Source of the DNA: Eledone cirrhosa
Lineage: Eukaryota
Reading direction: 5' to 3'
Assembly (NCBI GenBank): GCA_964016885.1
Contig: OZ024741.1
Location: forward strand, 329,530,001-329,594,000
DNA: 64,000 bases
Part shown: positions 1-16,727 of the stretch, in pieces
How positions within the stretch are numbered: the first letter of the stretch is position 1
Layout: every line of letters begins with the position of its first letter
The notes under the pieces: generated by a model
Databases searched by the model: none
What the model was told of the DNA's origin: nothing
The model's input: only the letters and a program-made list of their open reading frames with translations
Position numbers and translations under genes: made by a program

Positions 1-191
1 GACTCTTGGATATCTATACTAAGTTTGTATTACAATATATATATATTATAAAACATATATGTACATATAGAGTAACGAGTCAACTGAAACTGAGTATATG
101 TTTATATAAATATATAATTATACATATTGAATATATAGAAATGTAAACGTGTCAAATTTTCGTATTACACTATGGATGTTTGTTGATGTAT

Positions 192-240
192 ATATTTTCT
201 GATGAGATCATAATAATGGTTGAAATTCGATTAAGGATAT
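192..240 (+). ncRNA. Degenerate type-I hammerhead ribozyme motif
   Basis: atatttt-CTGATGA-gatcat(aata)atggtt-GAAA-ttcgat-TA-aggatat. Intact CUGAUGA and GAAA boxes, 6-bp stem II, 7-bp stem I with two GU pairs. Stem III looks like a decayed ACTCGAGT palindrome. Confidence 0.6.
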
Positions 241-424
241 CCGTCATTTTTTTTTTTTCAATCTACTATGAAATACGTAAGATTGCCACGTTTACATGAA
301 TGTATTTTTAATATGGATATTTATATACACATTTACGCAGTCTGTGATAACTCTGTACTCTACCTATACAGATGTGAATTTATCATATATTTTGGTTGAT
401 TGATGCAGAAATTGATATACATAC

Positions 425-513
<89 letters not shown>

Positions 514-534
514 TACATATATACATATATATAC

Positions 535-605
<71 letters not shown>

Positions 606-629
606 TATGCATATATATATATATGTATA

Positions 630-661
<32 letters not shown>

Positions 662-692
662 GTATTTATGTATATATATATATACATATATA

Positions 693-746
<54 letters not shown>

Positions 747-770
747 TATGCATATATATATATATGTATA

Positions 771-804
<34 letters not shown>

Positions 805-809
805 GTATT

Positions 810-841
<32 letters not shown>

Positions 842-842
842 C
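425..842. repeat. (TA)n microsatellite with internally duplicated variant block
   Basis: Direct reading; the catatatatgcatat...tgtataat...gtatttatg block recurs at ~600-670 and ~741-812. Confidence 0.97.
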
Positions 843-967
843 AAAATTTAAATTAAATTAAATTTAAATTAAATTAAATTAAGGGTGTCATGTCAGAGAG
901 ACATGCACTATATCCACTGTAAAATATGCTCCAAGATTCCAATGAATAGATCCGACCATTTTATATT

Positions 968-1256
968 AACTAGAAATTGATTGACATATATATATATATA
1001 AAATAAACATATGAAACAATCACAGTAGAAAGTGTGTAAGCACACGCAGCTATGTGGTAACTAATTAAAGTTTAACTAGAAGTTCAAAAATAGATACCTT
1101 ATGAAGTATCTATAAGGTAACTATTTTTGAAGTTCTAGTTAAACTTTAATTAGTTACCAGATAGCTGCGTGTGCTTACACACTTTTTACAGATTATCCAC
1201 TGTGATTGTTTCATATGTTTATTTTAGATATATATATATGTCAATCAATTTCTAGT

Positions 1257-1257
<1 letters not shown>
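968..1257. repeat. Long fold-back inverted repeat (~135-bp arms, ~9-bp loop)
   Basis: 968-1102 is the near-perfect reverse complement of 1112-1257; the right arm carries a short insertion at ~1187-1200. Confidence 0.93.
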
Positions 1258-1306
<49 letters not shown>

Positions 1307-1869
1307 CGTTTCTGAATTCTTATTGGCAACATGACCCTCCCAAAGTATAACAATATATATATATATATATACATGTATATAACATACATATGATACAGTA
1401 ATATAAACACGAAAAAATGCTGTACACTTGCAATATACCCACATAGGCAAAGCTATAATAAATCTGACGTCATGAAAAGTTTTGTTTTTTTTACTATGTC
1501 GTATATACGATTGATGATAATTAAACCTGTATTATTTACGACTGGTCATAAATATTATTAAGAAAGAGGAAAGCAAATTGGAGAAACTAAATGTTTCGGG
1601 TGTTGATGAGAACGGGACAGAACCAGAAGTTAGATTGCCTATGTATAGCCACTGCCTTCGGTCGTTTTTCTTGGTGTTACATTTTATAGTTGTTGTGTTT
1701 ACGCTGGAGGGTCATGTATTAACATAACCACTTTATCGAGTGATTTGTGATTGCTTCAAACAACTCGATTACTACCTGCTATATGGCAGGTACAACTTCA
1801 ATTCATACCTAATATAATTACATATATATAGACATGCATACATACATTCATACATACAGGTTTCTATAT

Positions 1870-2464
<595 letters not shown>

Positions 2465-2468
<4 letters not shown>

Positions 2469-3306
2469 TATAGAGTAAAGCATGTCCAGAGAATTATTTG
2501 ATAATATATATACATCATCTCTACTCCCAATCAGCATAATTAACTACACAAAAAACCAATTAGACCAGGCTATAAGAATAAAAGGCATCTATTAAGAAAC
2601 AGTAAATAAATACGCCACAGCGGCGTCTTCACGTCCAACCACTATAGAATATTTACCCAACATTTCAACAGCACGTGGAAATTAATTAAATATACGGGCA
2701 ACCATATATAATTAGGTAAAAATTAATGTTAGAAATGCTTATATACATATCAGGATTAAACACTAAATCCCGACCCTCTGGTTTCGCTCACTTTTGAGAT
2801 ACCTTATTTAAGGTTCATACTCGAGTTTAGAGCTCATCAGGGGATAAACTCACTAGGACATATTATTTTCTGAAGTGGCCCCCGCCAAACACGAATTCAA
2901 AATGGTTGAGAACTGTGACGTGGCAGTAGTCAAGTCAGGAAGAGTGTGATTGGTTGCTTACGGCGACTGGGTTGGTTGCTAGAAAGCGCAGCCCAATATC
3001 GCCCAAATTTTTATCTCAACCTTATGGGAGATTATTAAATATAAGTATTTACACATACACCAATTAAACAAAGTCACATGTATATATGTGTTTTGGCAAC
3101 TTTTCACGATGTGGCTCAATGGAGAATTAATAAATTATATGTGTGTATATATATTATCAAATAATTCTCTGGACATGCTTTACTCTCTATAGTATTTCAC
3201 TCTGATTAATTTATTAATTCTCTATTGAGCCACATCGTGAAAAGTTGCAAAAACACATATATACCTGTGACTTTGTTTAATTGGTGTATGTGTAAATACT
3301 TATATT

Positions 3307-3307
<1 letters not shown>
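2465..3307 (-). mobile_element. Non-coding hammerhead-bearing element (Penelope pseudo-LTR / retrozyme-like) with terminal inversion
   Basis: Flanked by (TA)n and contains an intact hammerhead at 2767-2845. 3144-3195 is the reverse complement of 2465-2514, and 3207-3307 is the reverse complement of 3037-3137. Confidence 0.75.
2767..2845 (-). ncRNA. Type-I hammerhead ribozyme, intact core, extended stem II
   Basis: Minus strand: ATCCC-CTGATGA-GCTC...GAGC-GAAA-CC(AGAG)GG-TC^GGGAT. Perfect 5-bp stem I, 4-bp base of stem II with an inner acctta/taaggt hairpin, GUC cleavage triplet. Confidence 0.9.
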
Positions 3308-3355
<48 letters not shown>

Positions 3356-3360
<5 letters not shown>

Positions 3361-3482
3361 AACCAGTAAGACCCCGACAGCTGAGCTCAAGCCGTTCCGA
3401 CGGCTAATTCTGGACTGAATTAGTCCAGAATTAGCCGTCGAAACGGCTTGAGCTCAGCTGTCGGGGTCTTACTGGTTCCTAT
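3356..3482. repeat. Near-perfect palindrome (61-bp arms, 5-nt loop) carrying a hammerhead-like 3' half
   Basis: The arms differ at one position. The right arm reads GAAAC-ggcttgagctcagct-GTC. Confidence 0.95.
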
Positions 3483-3558
3483 TACCCACTCTACTACCCC
3501 AAGTATTGATTACTTTGGTGCGTCATGGTCCACCTGGTTCCTTACCACATTTCCTTCG

Positions 3559-4430
<872 letters not shown>

Positions 4431-4829
4431 TTATACATAGACACACATAATTCGAATATATATTCCTTGATCTTACCACAAAATATGATGAAGAATACAA
4501 AGAAGAAAATACACTCATTTATAAACGAAATATTCCAATCGAATGCCGTGTACAAAATGATATGATATTCCATAGAAAATAAAGATATCACAGGGATACG
4601 AAATGAAAAACATTTCAAATAATAACAACTACACAACAATAATCTTTCTAAAACATATGTTAGGCACTGTTATGTATCAATGCATTCCTTCCTGATTTAC
4701 AGTCAATTGTATCAAAGATTTTATACGAAGGCATTGACATGCCATTTTTTTTTTTAGATATTAACTATGGATCAAAGATTTGATACAAGTAACTGTAGTT
4801 TTTTTATTAACCTATATAATAAAGGTTGT

Positions 4830-4908
<79 letters not shown>

Positions 4909-4955
4909 CATACCTGTGCATATATATATATACATATATATATATACATACATAA

Positions 4956-4988
<33 letters not shown>

Positions 4989-5377
4989 CATAAATATATA
5001 TATATACATATATACATATGCATATGTATATATATATATATATATGGGGGGGTGTATGTGTGTATACATATGTAAATATGTGTGCATGCGTATGCATATA
5101 TATATTAATACAAATATGACGTATATATTCGCGTAAAAGTCAGTATCATGTAAAAGTTGATCAACTTTTGTGAATCAAGCTCTGATATATTATACTAAAC
5201 AAGATGTTACGATAAAGGAAATATATTTTCTACTATATTGTGTTCTGATGTATGTATTATAAAACATGTCCTACTAAATACTTCGCTGAGAAATCTAAAA
5301 TTAAGGCCGTATGTCTATTATAACTGTGGCAGTTAGTTACACTTAATCGGTAATATCTAGAGAAGCCATTATGATAA

Positions 5378-5592
5378 GACGGAGGATTTATCAGTATCGG
5401 TAGAGCGTCGGACAACATGTTTTGCGGCATATAGTTACGACCCTTTAAATTCTGAGTTTAAATCCCGTTGAGGTTAGCTTTGCCTTTCATCCTTACGGGG
5501 TCGATAAAATAAAGTAACGCACTGGGATTGATTTGATCGACTTTACCCACCCAAAAATTCTTGGCCTTGTGCCTAAATCAGGAACCATTATG
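5378..5592 (+). mobile_element. tRNA-derived SINE with Meta-like central domain (diverged)
   Basis: B-box-like GAGTTTAAATCC followed by gcctttcatccttacggggtcgataaaataaag, as in the copies at 22365, 23128 and 53229+. Confidence 0.8.
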
Positions 5593-6615
5593 ATAGCACA
5601 AGTCTACATAATGTTTACAGATGTAAACATATCTCTGGATAGTAACACACTTGGGCTGAATTGCATTAAAGATATATCATTAATATTATCAGTTTTATTG
5701 ATATACTGTACCATAACACACATGTAAGGATTGTGATTTTAACTACGAATATTATTATTTGGTGGTTGAAGAGGGTTTGATGGTTACAAGCCGACCAGGT
5801 ACCAGTCATATATACTGTGTTGTGGTAAGTAATGATAATACACTGTAATGATGAACTTTAATGTTTTTCGTTTAGCTAGTTCGTTGAAAACAAGTGGAAC
5901 TATTCATAAGAGCTATACGGCCTTATTTATATGTTTTCATAGTACAAAATGTGTCACCGTGCGTAGAAATGTCGATATTAGTGTAATGATGTTTTTTTTT
6001 GTTTCGTTTTCTATTTGTTTCTTATTCATTTAGAATCCATTCGGCCTTCTGCTATTTCATACGCTATTTCGGATTGTGGTGAGAATTTCAGCTCTTCGAA
6101 AGCAGTATCCAAGTACTAGTCGACCTCCATAAATGTAGCTTAAATTTAGCCTAAAAATTGCATTCTTATATAAGTATATACGGTATATATATATATATAT
6201 ATATTCATTTTATCAGGGCTAAATATTGTGTTGTGTTACCATGGAGTTTCGCCTGCTTCTCACAAGTTTATGTTATATATATATATATATATATATACAT
6301 GCCTATGTTTGTGTGGTGTGTGATATAAATATTCATGGAAGTGTGTGTATATGTCTATAGGGGTCGATTGTGATTTCAAATTTCATTTGACTTGAATATC
6401 ATTCAAACAGTAAGCAAATTACAGAGCTTACATTTATTAACGCATGAAAAATCGATACGGGGGCCATTGTGTGAGAAGAATGTTTATTAATATGAGTCCG
6501 CAGTTCATATAGTGACAAATTGCCACACTAAGAATTTTATGGAACCCTTTCCTTTCAACCCACATATACACACATAGGTAAGGATCAATTTGCACACACA
6601 AACAAACAAGCACAC

Positions 6616-6962
6616 ATACATACATACGCATCCCTTTTGTAAAATTTCTCACCATAACTATCTACGTTTCTCCTTTCCAACTCACATGACTTCGAGATTT
6701 CAGTTGTGTGTATTAAACCCAAACCCAAATATATGTGCCCAATCTCCAATATAATCTTATTTTATCTGCAACAAATTAGCTTTTATTTATATACATACAT
6801 GTACACAAACTTTTCGAACAATTTCCCACCATAACTATCTATATTTTTCCTTTTCAACTCACATGATCACAAGTTTTCAGTTGTATTACACCTAAACTTA
6901 ATATAGGTGTTCAAACTCCAATACAATCCTATTTTATCTACAACATATTAGCTTTTATATAT
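6616..6962. repeat. Diverged tandem duplication (~175-bp unit x2)
   Basis: aattt.c.accataactatct...caactcacatga...ctccaata...ttttatct.caaca.attagctttta occurs at 6643-6790 and 6820-6960. Confidence 0.85.
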
Positions 6963-7471
6963 AAAATCTAATCTTTTATTTCCTTTCCTACATTTATTTA
7001 AACTACTTTTCCAACATCAGAAATATCTAAGATATAATTTATAGCAAAAGCCTAAGTCAAAATAACAAAACTCATTTTACATAAATAAATCTTTCTATAT
7101 AACTTTCATGGATTATATACATATTTACAATTTTTTTCATTAGTTTTCTATTTCAATAGATCGCTTCCTCTGTGAAAAGCGGAAGTTAGAGTCAACTTCA
7201 ATATATAATAAATTTTACTCTAACTTCAGTATTGAGTCCTTGCATCGGTAAATGGGTAAATGTTTGTGGGTATTTATCAATAACAGACCTTTCATATATA
7301 TATATATATAAATATATATAATAATAAGGGTTGACGGACCCAGCATATTTATCAATGCCAGTACCGGTTGTATATCAGCGCACTCAATGGGCAATGTAAG
7401 ATACATTACTAGAGTATACACATAGTTACTTGCCTCAACACAACACACGTAAAACGGGTGCCTATAAGGTT

Positions 7472-7581
7472 CCCGGACTCGAGTTTCTGCAGCACTAATT
7501 CAGCAGTAAGGTGCACTCCACCATCTGTCTGCATATATTATGCAACAATGCACAATCGGCTTATGCTGCTTCATCAACGGG
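7472..7581 (-). ncRNA. Degenerate type-I hammerhead ribozyme with long stem II
   Basis: Minus strand: cccg-TTGATGA-agcagca...tgctgca-GAAAC-TCGA-GTC^cggg. Palindromic stem III ACTCGAGT, 4-bp stem I, C3>U core change and a mismatch at the base of stem II. Confidence 0.75.
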
Positions 7582-8088
7582 TATCGCCTAATCAATAACC
7601 AATCGATCGACATAATCCAGACACCGGCCCGTGCCGGTCATGACTGTTTGCGATTAACTGGCAACCGATAGGACTCTATCTCTCAACTAGCCACTGATTT
7701 ACAAATTTTACGTGGGGACGGGAAGCTAAAAAGAATCAATCTATATATATATATACTACAGGCACTTATATTTCGACAAATTCAAATCTTTTTATATAAA
7801 GGCACTTGGGCAATATTTTAATATTAAACATTTCTAACTATTCTTCTATCTGAATTTATATACACTTTTATATACCTACATATATACATACGTATTTATA
7901 TATTTATATATATATACTATATATATACATATATATAAACATCATATAAAATTGTTAATAACTTTATAATTATTGGTCAATTTTCATAAAACATTTCATT
8001 TTAAACAATATATTGGTAGAATTACAGTACAGTTTTAAAATTCTACATAGGCACCAGCGTTGTCCACCAGTGTTTGTAATCCTCTGGG

Positions 8089-8288
8089 NNNNNNNNNNNN
8101 NNNNNNNNNNNNNNNNNNNNNNNNNNNNNNNNNNNNNNNNNNNNNNNNNNNNNNNNNNNNNNNNNNNNNNNNNNNNNNNNNNNNNNNNNNNNNNNNNNNN
8201 NNNNNNNNNNNNNNNNNNNNNNNNNNNNNNNNNNNNNNNNNNNNNNNNNNNNNNNNNNNNNNNNNNNNNNNNNNNNNNNNNNNNNNNN
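8089..8288. other. Assembly gap (200 N)
   Basis: Run of N. Confidence 1.
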
Positions 8289-10400
<2,112 letters not shown>

Positions 10401-11198
10401 ACGAACAGCAATGTTACATGGCAGTGAGACCTGGGCATTGTGTGCAGAGGATATATGTAGACTGGAGAGGAACGAAGCTTGCATGCTCCGCTGGATGTGT
10501 AATAGTAATTAATATACGGGAACGGCAAAGCATAAACGAACTAAGGCAAAAATTAGAAATAAGAGGGATCAGATGTTGTTTACTCGAGAGAAGGCTACGC
10601 TGGTATGGTCACGTGATGCGCATGAAGGACGACAGCTGCATAAAAAAGTGCAGGGCAATAAAATAGATGGTAGCCACGGAGTAGGCAGATCCAGAAAAAC
10701 CTGGGACGACGTGATAAATTCCGACCTCACAAACTTATACCTCTCCAAGACAATGTCACTGGACAGAGATCTTTGGCGCTACACAGTAATACAGAAGACC
10801 TGCCTTACCTAAGTACAAAGTGAAACCTACTACGGTCAGTCGGCACCTCTAACAAAATACACCCCCGTCCCACTACCCCCACCCCATCCACACCACCCCT
10901 TTCAATGTAAAGTTATGTTGGTACCACAACATCCAGACCGAAAAAATGAGGTCGTGTAGGTGTCATGAAAAAAAACACAGTCCACGCTGTAATATGGCCG
11001 TGTAGGTAACACAGTAAAAACCTCCCAGTCCACACTGTAAACGTGGTTGGTGTTAGGAAGGGCATCCAGCCGTAGAAAACCCGCCAGACAGTCCTATGCG
11101 AGCGAGACAACCACTCTTGCCTCAAGTGGGAAAACTCCCGTCCAAACCCATGCAAGCGTGGAAGATGGACGTTAAACGATGATGATGATGATGCTGAT
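10401..11198 (+). mobile_element. RTE LINE family A, 5'-truncated
   Basis: C-terminal ORF remnant (MLHGSETW...RRLRWYGHV...GRSRKTW), family A 3' UTR and (GAT)n tail. Confidence 0.92.
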
Positions 11199-11935
11199 AT
11201 ATTATATATAACACACATATATATATATATAATATATATATATACAAAATATATATATATATAATATATATCTATATATAATATATATATATATGTATAT
11301 AATACATATAGAATAAGGAAAAGCGAAGTAGTTTCAGATGTTCAGTCCTTTAATAATAATGCTGAGATATATTTTTCAATGGCGAAAGTGGGCCACACTG
11401 TTCTGTGGGCCAGTCTTGCGACATCGTCAGACAGCTTGTTACATAATAAGGTTATGTTTCCGAGGCAATCCAAATTGAATCGACATGGGAACGGACGAAG
11501 TATGTGCTTTTGGGTTCTTCATCCGTTCCCCTATGAGTACCAATTCACCCGCACTAGTCTGTGCAGGCGCAGGTCCAGGGGTAGGTTGACCATTAGCAAC
11601 GGCAGATTTAAGAAATTCACTTAGTCAGTTCTCTCTGTCAGCCAGACAATGATCCATTCATTCCTGCACCATAGTTTACTGCTACCCATCCCGTCTGTGA
11701 CAGTCAACCGAAAGCCAGTGGGTATGGGAGAGTGTTAGTATTTACAGGTCTCTTTACTACCTCTCACAATCATGGACAGTATAACTGACCATCAACCCCT
11801 AACAGGATATATTTAATTCTATGTATCATAGTTTCATATTGGAAGTTATAAGTGAAATTAGAACTAAAAATTACAATTTAAAATCGAAAATCCTAATTAC
11901 TTCATTTATATATATATATATATATAATATATATG

Positions 11936-12034
<99 letters not shown>

Positions 12035-12048
12035 ATATATATGTATAT

Positions 12049-12189
12049 ATCATCATCATCATCATCATCATCGTTTAACGTCCGTGTTCCACGCTTGCAT
12101 GGGTTTGGACGGGGGTTTTCCCACTTGAGGCAAGAGTGATTGTCTTGCTCGCATAGGACTGTCTGGCGGGTTTTCTACAGTGTGGGCTG
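12049..12189 (-). mobile_element. RTE family A 3'-end fragment
   Basis: (ATC)n followed by gtttaacgtccgtgttccacgcttgcatggg, the reverse complement of the family A terminus. Confidence 0.85.
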
Positions 12190-12211
12190 ATATATATATA
12201 TAATATATATA

Positions 12212-12311
<100 letters not shown>

Positions 12312-12330
12312 TATATATATTATATATATA

Positions 12331-12373
<43 letters not shown>

Positions 12374-12461
12374 ATATATTATATATATATATATATTATA
12401 TATATGTATATATATTATATATATATATATTATATATATGTATATATATATATTATATATA

Positions 12462-12513
<52 letters not shown>

Positions 12514-14582
12514 ACAAAGACTAGCATGGAAGGCTTGGAATAAGGGTGGGAGTAGGGAAGAATATACAGCCACTAAGAGAGAAGCTAGACGTCAGGTGTA
12601 CTTAGCACGCAGGGAGGCAGAGAGTAGGAGGTTTGCCAATGTTCTGCGACGGGAAGATCAGAGGCGTGCGGTGTTCCACATTGCAAGGCAGTGTGTCAAT
12701 GCAAATCAGGATGTTGTTGGTGATAAATGTGTCCGGGATGATGCCGGTGTACTTAGTGTCACGAATGACCAGAAAAAGGAGGCCTGGAAATGTCATTATG
12801 AGAGACTGATGAATGAGGAGAACGAATGGGAGAGAGAGAAATTACCCTTGGTAGATCCGACAGAGGGACCAGCTATTGAGATTGACGAATATAGGGTCCA
12901 AGAGGCGATTAGGGAAATGAAAAATGGTAAGGCGGGCCGGACCATCGGGAATAGTTGCTGAGATGCTGAAGGCATCAGGGGACGTAGGCACTAAACTGGT
13001 TGCACGCATAATCAATCAGGCTATATATGGTGGTGTCATACCCAAAGACTGGTGCAGCAGTATTCTCATAAATTGCTACAAAGGTAAAGGGATGCTTTGG
13101 AGAGGAGCAATTATAGGGGTATAAAACTGATAGATCAGGTTATGAAAGTGGCAGAAAGGATTCTAGCACAACTAATTAGAGAAAGGGTCAAACTAGATGA
13201 GATGCAGTTTGGTTTTGTGCCTGGGAAGAGTACAACAGATGCCCTCTTCTTGGTGAGACAAATGCAAGAGAGGTTCTTAGAGAAGAATAAGCCACTATAC
13301 TTAGCCTTTGTTGACCTAGAGAAGGCCTTTGATAGGGTACCCCGATCTGTCATCTGGTGGTCCCTAAGGAAGCTGGGTGTTGAGGAATGGCTTGTAAGGA
13401 CAGTGCAAACTTTGTACAGAGGTACTCTCAGTAAAGTCAGGGTAGGAATGGAGTTTAGTGAGGAATTCCAGATACAAGTAGGAGTACATCAGGGTTCGGT
13501 CCTCAGCCCGCTCTTCTTCATTATAGTCCTCCAAGCCATAACAGAGGAGTTTAAGACTGGCTGTCCATGGGAACTTCTCTATGCTGACGATCTGGCTCTT
13601 ATGGCAGAATCAGTAGAGGAGCTAGAGAATAAATTCCGGCTATGGAAACAGCAGTTGGAAGCAAGAGGACTGAGAGTAAATCTAGCTAAGACAAAGTGTT
13701 GATGAGTAGAAAAGAGGACAAAACCCTGATTCCGTCAGGGAAATGGCCATGTTCGATATGCAGAAAAGGAACTGGCATAAATTCTATAAAATGCACACAA
13801 TGTAGGTCCTGGGTACACAAGAGATGTAGCGGATAGCAGGCAAACTAACAGGTAGGGAGAAATATGTATGCAGTAGATGTACAGGGAAATTAGACAGTAG
13901 AAGTCGCACTGATAGACACATTTTTCAATGCGAGAGGGCGCTATAGAAGTGGTGGATAGCTTCCGGTACCTAGGAGATCAGATTAGCATGGGAGGAGGGG
14001 TGTTCCGAGGCCATAGTATCTAGAATAAGGACGGGTTGGAAGAAGTTTAGGGAGCTGCTTCCTCTGTTGACGAAGAAGGGTTTCTCCCTGCGTACGAAAG
14101 GCCGGTTGTATGATGCCTGTGTGAGGAGCGCGATGCTGCATGGTAGTGAGACATGGGCAGCTACCGCAGAAGATATGCGACGGCTGGAGAGAAATGAGGC
14201 AAGCATGCTCCGTTGGATGTGCAGTGTAAATGTGCGTGAACGACCCAGCATAAATGTGTTGAGAGAGAAACTGTGTCTGAGAGGGATAGAATGTAGTGTA
14301 CGGGAGAGGAGACTGAGGTGGTATGGACATGTGATGCGCATGGAGGATGACCGATGGGTGAAGAAGTGCCAGGAAATGCCAGTTGAAGGAAGACGTGGTA
14401 GAGGTAGACCACGAAAAACATGGGCGGAGGTGGTGAGAACAGACCTCAGATCATTGAAGCTCACGGTGGAGATGACGAGGGACCGTGACGAGTGGAGAGA
14501 TGCTGTGCTGAATAAGACCCGTCCCACCCTTGCAAGCAGGGAAAAGCGGACGTAAAATGATGATGATGATGATGATGATGAT
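12514..14582 (+). mobile_element. RTE LINE family B, 5'-truncated and frameshifted (RT, PHD, C-terminus)
   Basis: ORF pieces 12404-12961, 13097-13702 (QFGF, FVDLEKAFDRV, GVHQGSVLSP, YADD) and 14067-14555; very short 3' UTR and (GAT)n tail. Confidence 0.95.
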
Positions 14583-14802
14583 ATATATATTATATATATA
14601 TTATATATATATATATATATAATTATTATATATTATATATATATATATATATAATTATTATATATTATATATATATATATATTATATATATATATAATTA
14701 TTATATATTATATATATATTATATATATATATATAATTATTATATATTATATATATATATATTATATATATATATATAATTATTATATATTATATATATA
14801 TA

Positions 14803-15011
14803 TATTCTATTCTATTCTAAGGCGGGTAAAATTCCCGAGATCCATGGACGAGTTCTCTCCAGCGGTCTCTGTCCCTCATTATCGCTGCCATGTCCTGCGT
14901 CTCCAACAGACCAGTGTCTGTCCTTGGTCTTCCTCATCTAGTGTGTCCATGTAGGGGCTCCCAAAGGAGCACTGAGTGCAATGTCAACTCTGGATGTCGG
15001 GAGACTGAGGT
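14803..15011 (-). mobile_element. 3' end of a distinct RTE/RTE-X-like LINE with (AATAG)n tail
   Basis: Minus translation RHPELTLHSVLLWEPLHGHTR.GRPR..DTGL...MRDRDRWR; second copy at 16053-16284. Confidence 0.75.
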
Positions 15012-15087
15012 ATATATATATATATAATTATTATATATATATATAATTATTATATATATATATATAATTATTATATATATATATATA

Positions 15088-15787
15088 ATAACTTTGAATA
15101 ACTTTGAAATCTTTTGGCCAGTATTGGCCCAGGCCATGTCTAACTTAATAGCACCACCTGGCGAAGTCTTTCAATTCAGGATTTGGGCACCATGGCCCAT
15201 TCGAGAAGAGAATTACTGTTTGCGGAGACATATCCGGGTGTGGGTGGTTTGTCCGGGATTACTTGGAGGAATTTGTCCAAAGACTTCTTGAATTTTGTGT
15301 GGTCAGTTTCTGTTTTGACGTGTCCTGGTGTGATGTTGAAGAGAGCAGGGCCAATTGAGGTGAAGTAATTGTGCCGTATTGTTGTTATGAGTTGCGATTT
15401 AGATTTTTGTATGGGACGGATAGCACGGGGCCCAAGCCTTGGGTGTATTTTGAAGGCGATGCCAACATCATTTGGGCAGTGATGATGGAACATTTTCCAC
15501 ATCATGCAGATAATATAACGCTCACGGCGACGTTGGAGTGAGTAAAGTTTCAGCTTTTCTTGTCGACCCCAGTAGTCAAGGTCTGACATGCCATCTATCT
15601 TTTTCGTGATTGCCCTTTGAGGAGCTTCAAGTTTCATGATACTTTGTTTCGTGTGGGGAGACCACAGTGGACAACAGTATTCAAGCTGTGGTCGGGCAAA
15701 AGTAGAGAAGAGAAGGATAATGGTGTGAGAATCTCTCGACTGAAAGGTTCTGAGGATCCAGGAACACATTCTGCGGGCCATGTCAAC
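15088..15787 (-). mobile_element. CR1/L2-group LINE 3' fragment
   Basis: ORF 15176-15781 (WILRTF...RPQLEYCCPLWSP...LKLYSLQRRRERY...FKKSLDKFL..IPD) is a typical CR1-group ORF2 C-terminus; tail of ttcaaagtta repeats. Confidence 0.88.
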
Positions 15788-15800
15788 TATATATATGTAT

Positions 15801-15831
<31 letters not shown>

Positions 15832-16052
15832 ATATATATTATATATATATATATAATTATTATATATTATATATATATATAATTATTATATATTATATAT
15901 ATATATTATTATTATATATTATATATATATATAATTATTATATATTATATATTATATATATATATATATATAATTATTATATATTATATATATATATATA
16001 TATTATATATATATATATAATTTATTATATATTGTATATATATATATATAAT

Positions 16053-16284
16053 ATTCTATTCTATTCTAAGGCGGGTAAAATTCCCGAGATCAATGGACGA
16101 GTTCTCTCCAGCGGTCTCTGTCCCTCATTATCGCTGCCATGTCCTACGTCTCCAACAGACCAGTGTCTGTCCTTAGGGCATCAACATACGTTAACCTTGG
16201 TCTTCCTCTTCTAGTGTGTCCATGTAGGGGCTCCCAAAGGAGCACTGAGTGCAATGTCAACTCTGGATGTCGGGAGACTGAGGT
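16053..16284 (-). mobile_element. 3' end of RTE/RTE-X-like LINE (second copy)
   Basis: Near-identical to 14803-15011 but retains a ~24-bp segment missing there. Confidence 0.75.
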
Positions 16285-16349
16285 ATATATATGTATATAA
16301 TTATTATATATATATATATAATTATTATTTATATATATATATATTATTA

Positions 16350-16387
<38 letters not shown>

Positions 16388-16407
16388 ATATTATATATAT
16401 ATACTAT

Positions 16408-16469
<62 letters not shown>

Positions 16470-16538
16470 TATATATATGTATATACATATATTATATATA
16501 TGTATATATATATATATTATATATATATAATTATTAAT

Positions 16539-16580
<42 letters not shown>

Positions 16581-16727
16581 TATTATATATATTATTTATA
16601 TATAGATTATATATATATATATATTATTATATATATAATATATATATATACAAATATATTATATATATATATATATTATATATATATATATATATTATAA
16701 TATATATATATTATATATATATATATT

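Noticed and set aside
11325-11437. CTGACGA...GAAAC on the minus strand
   Set aside because: Stem II is out of register, and no NUH triplet or stem I partner follows.
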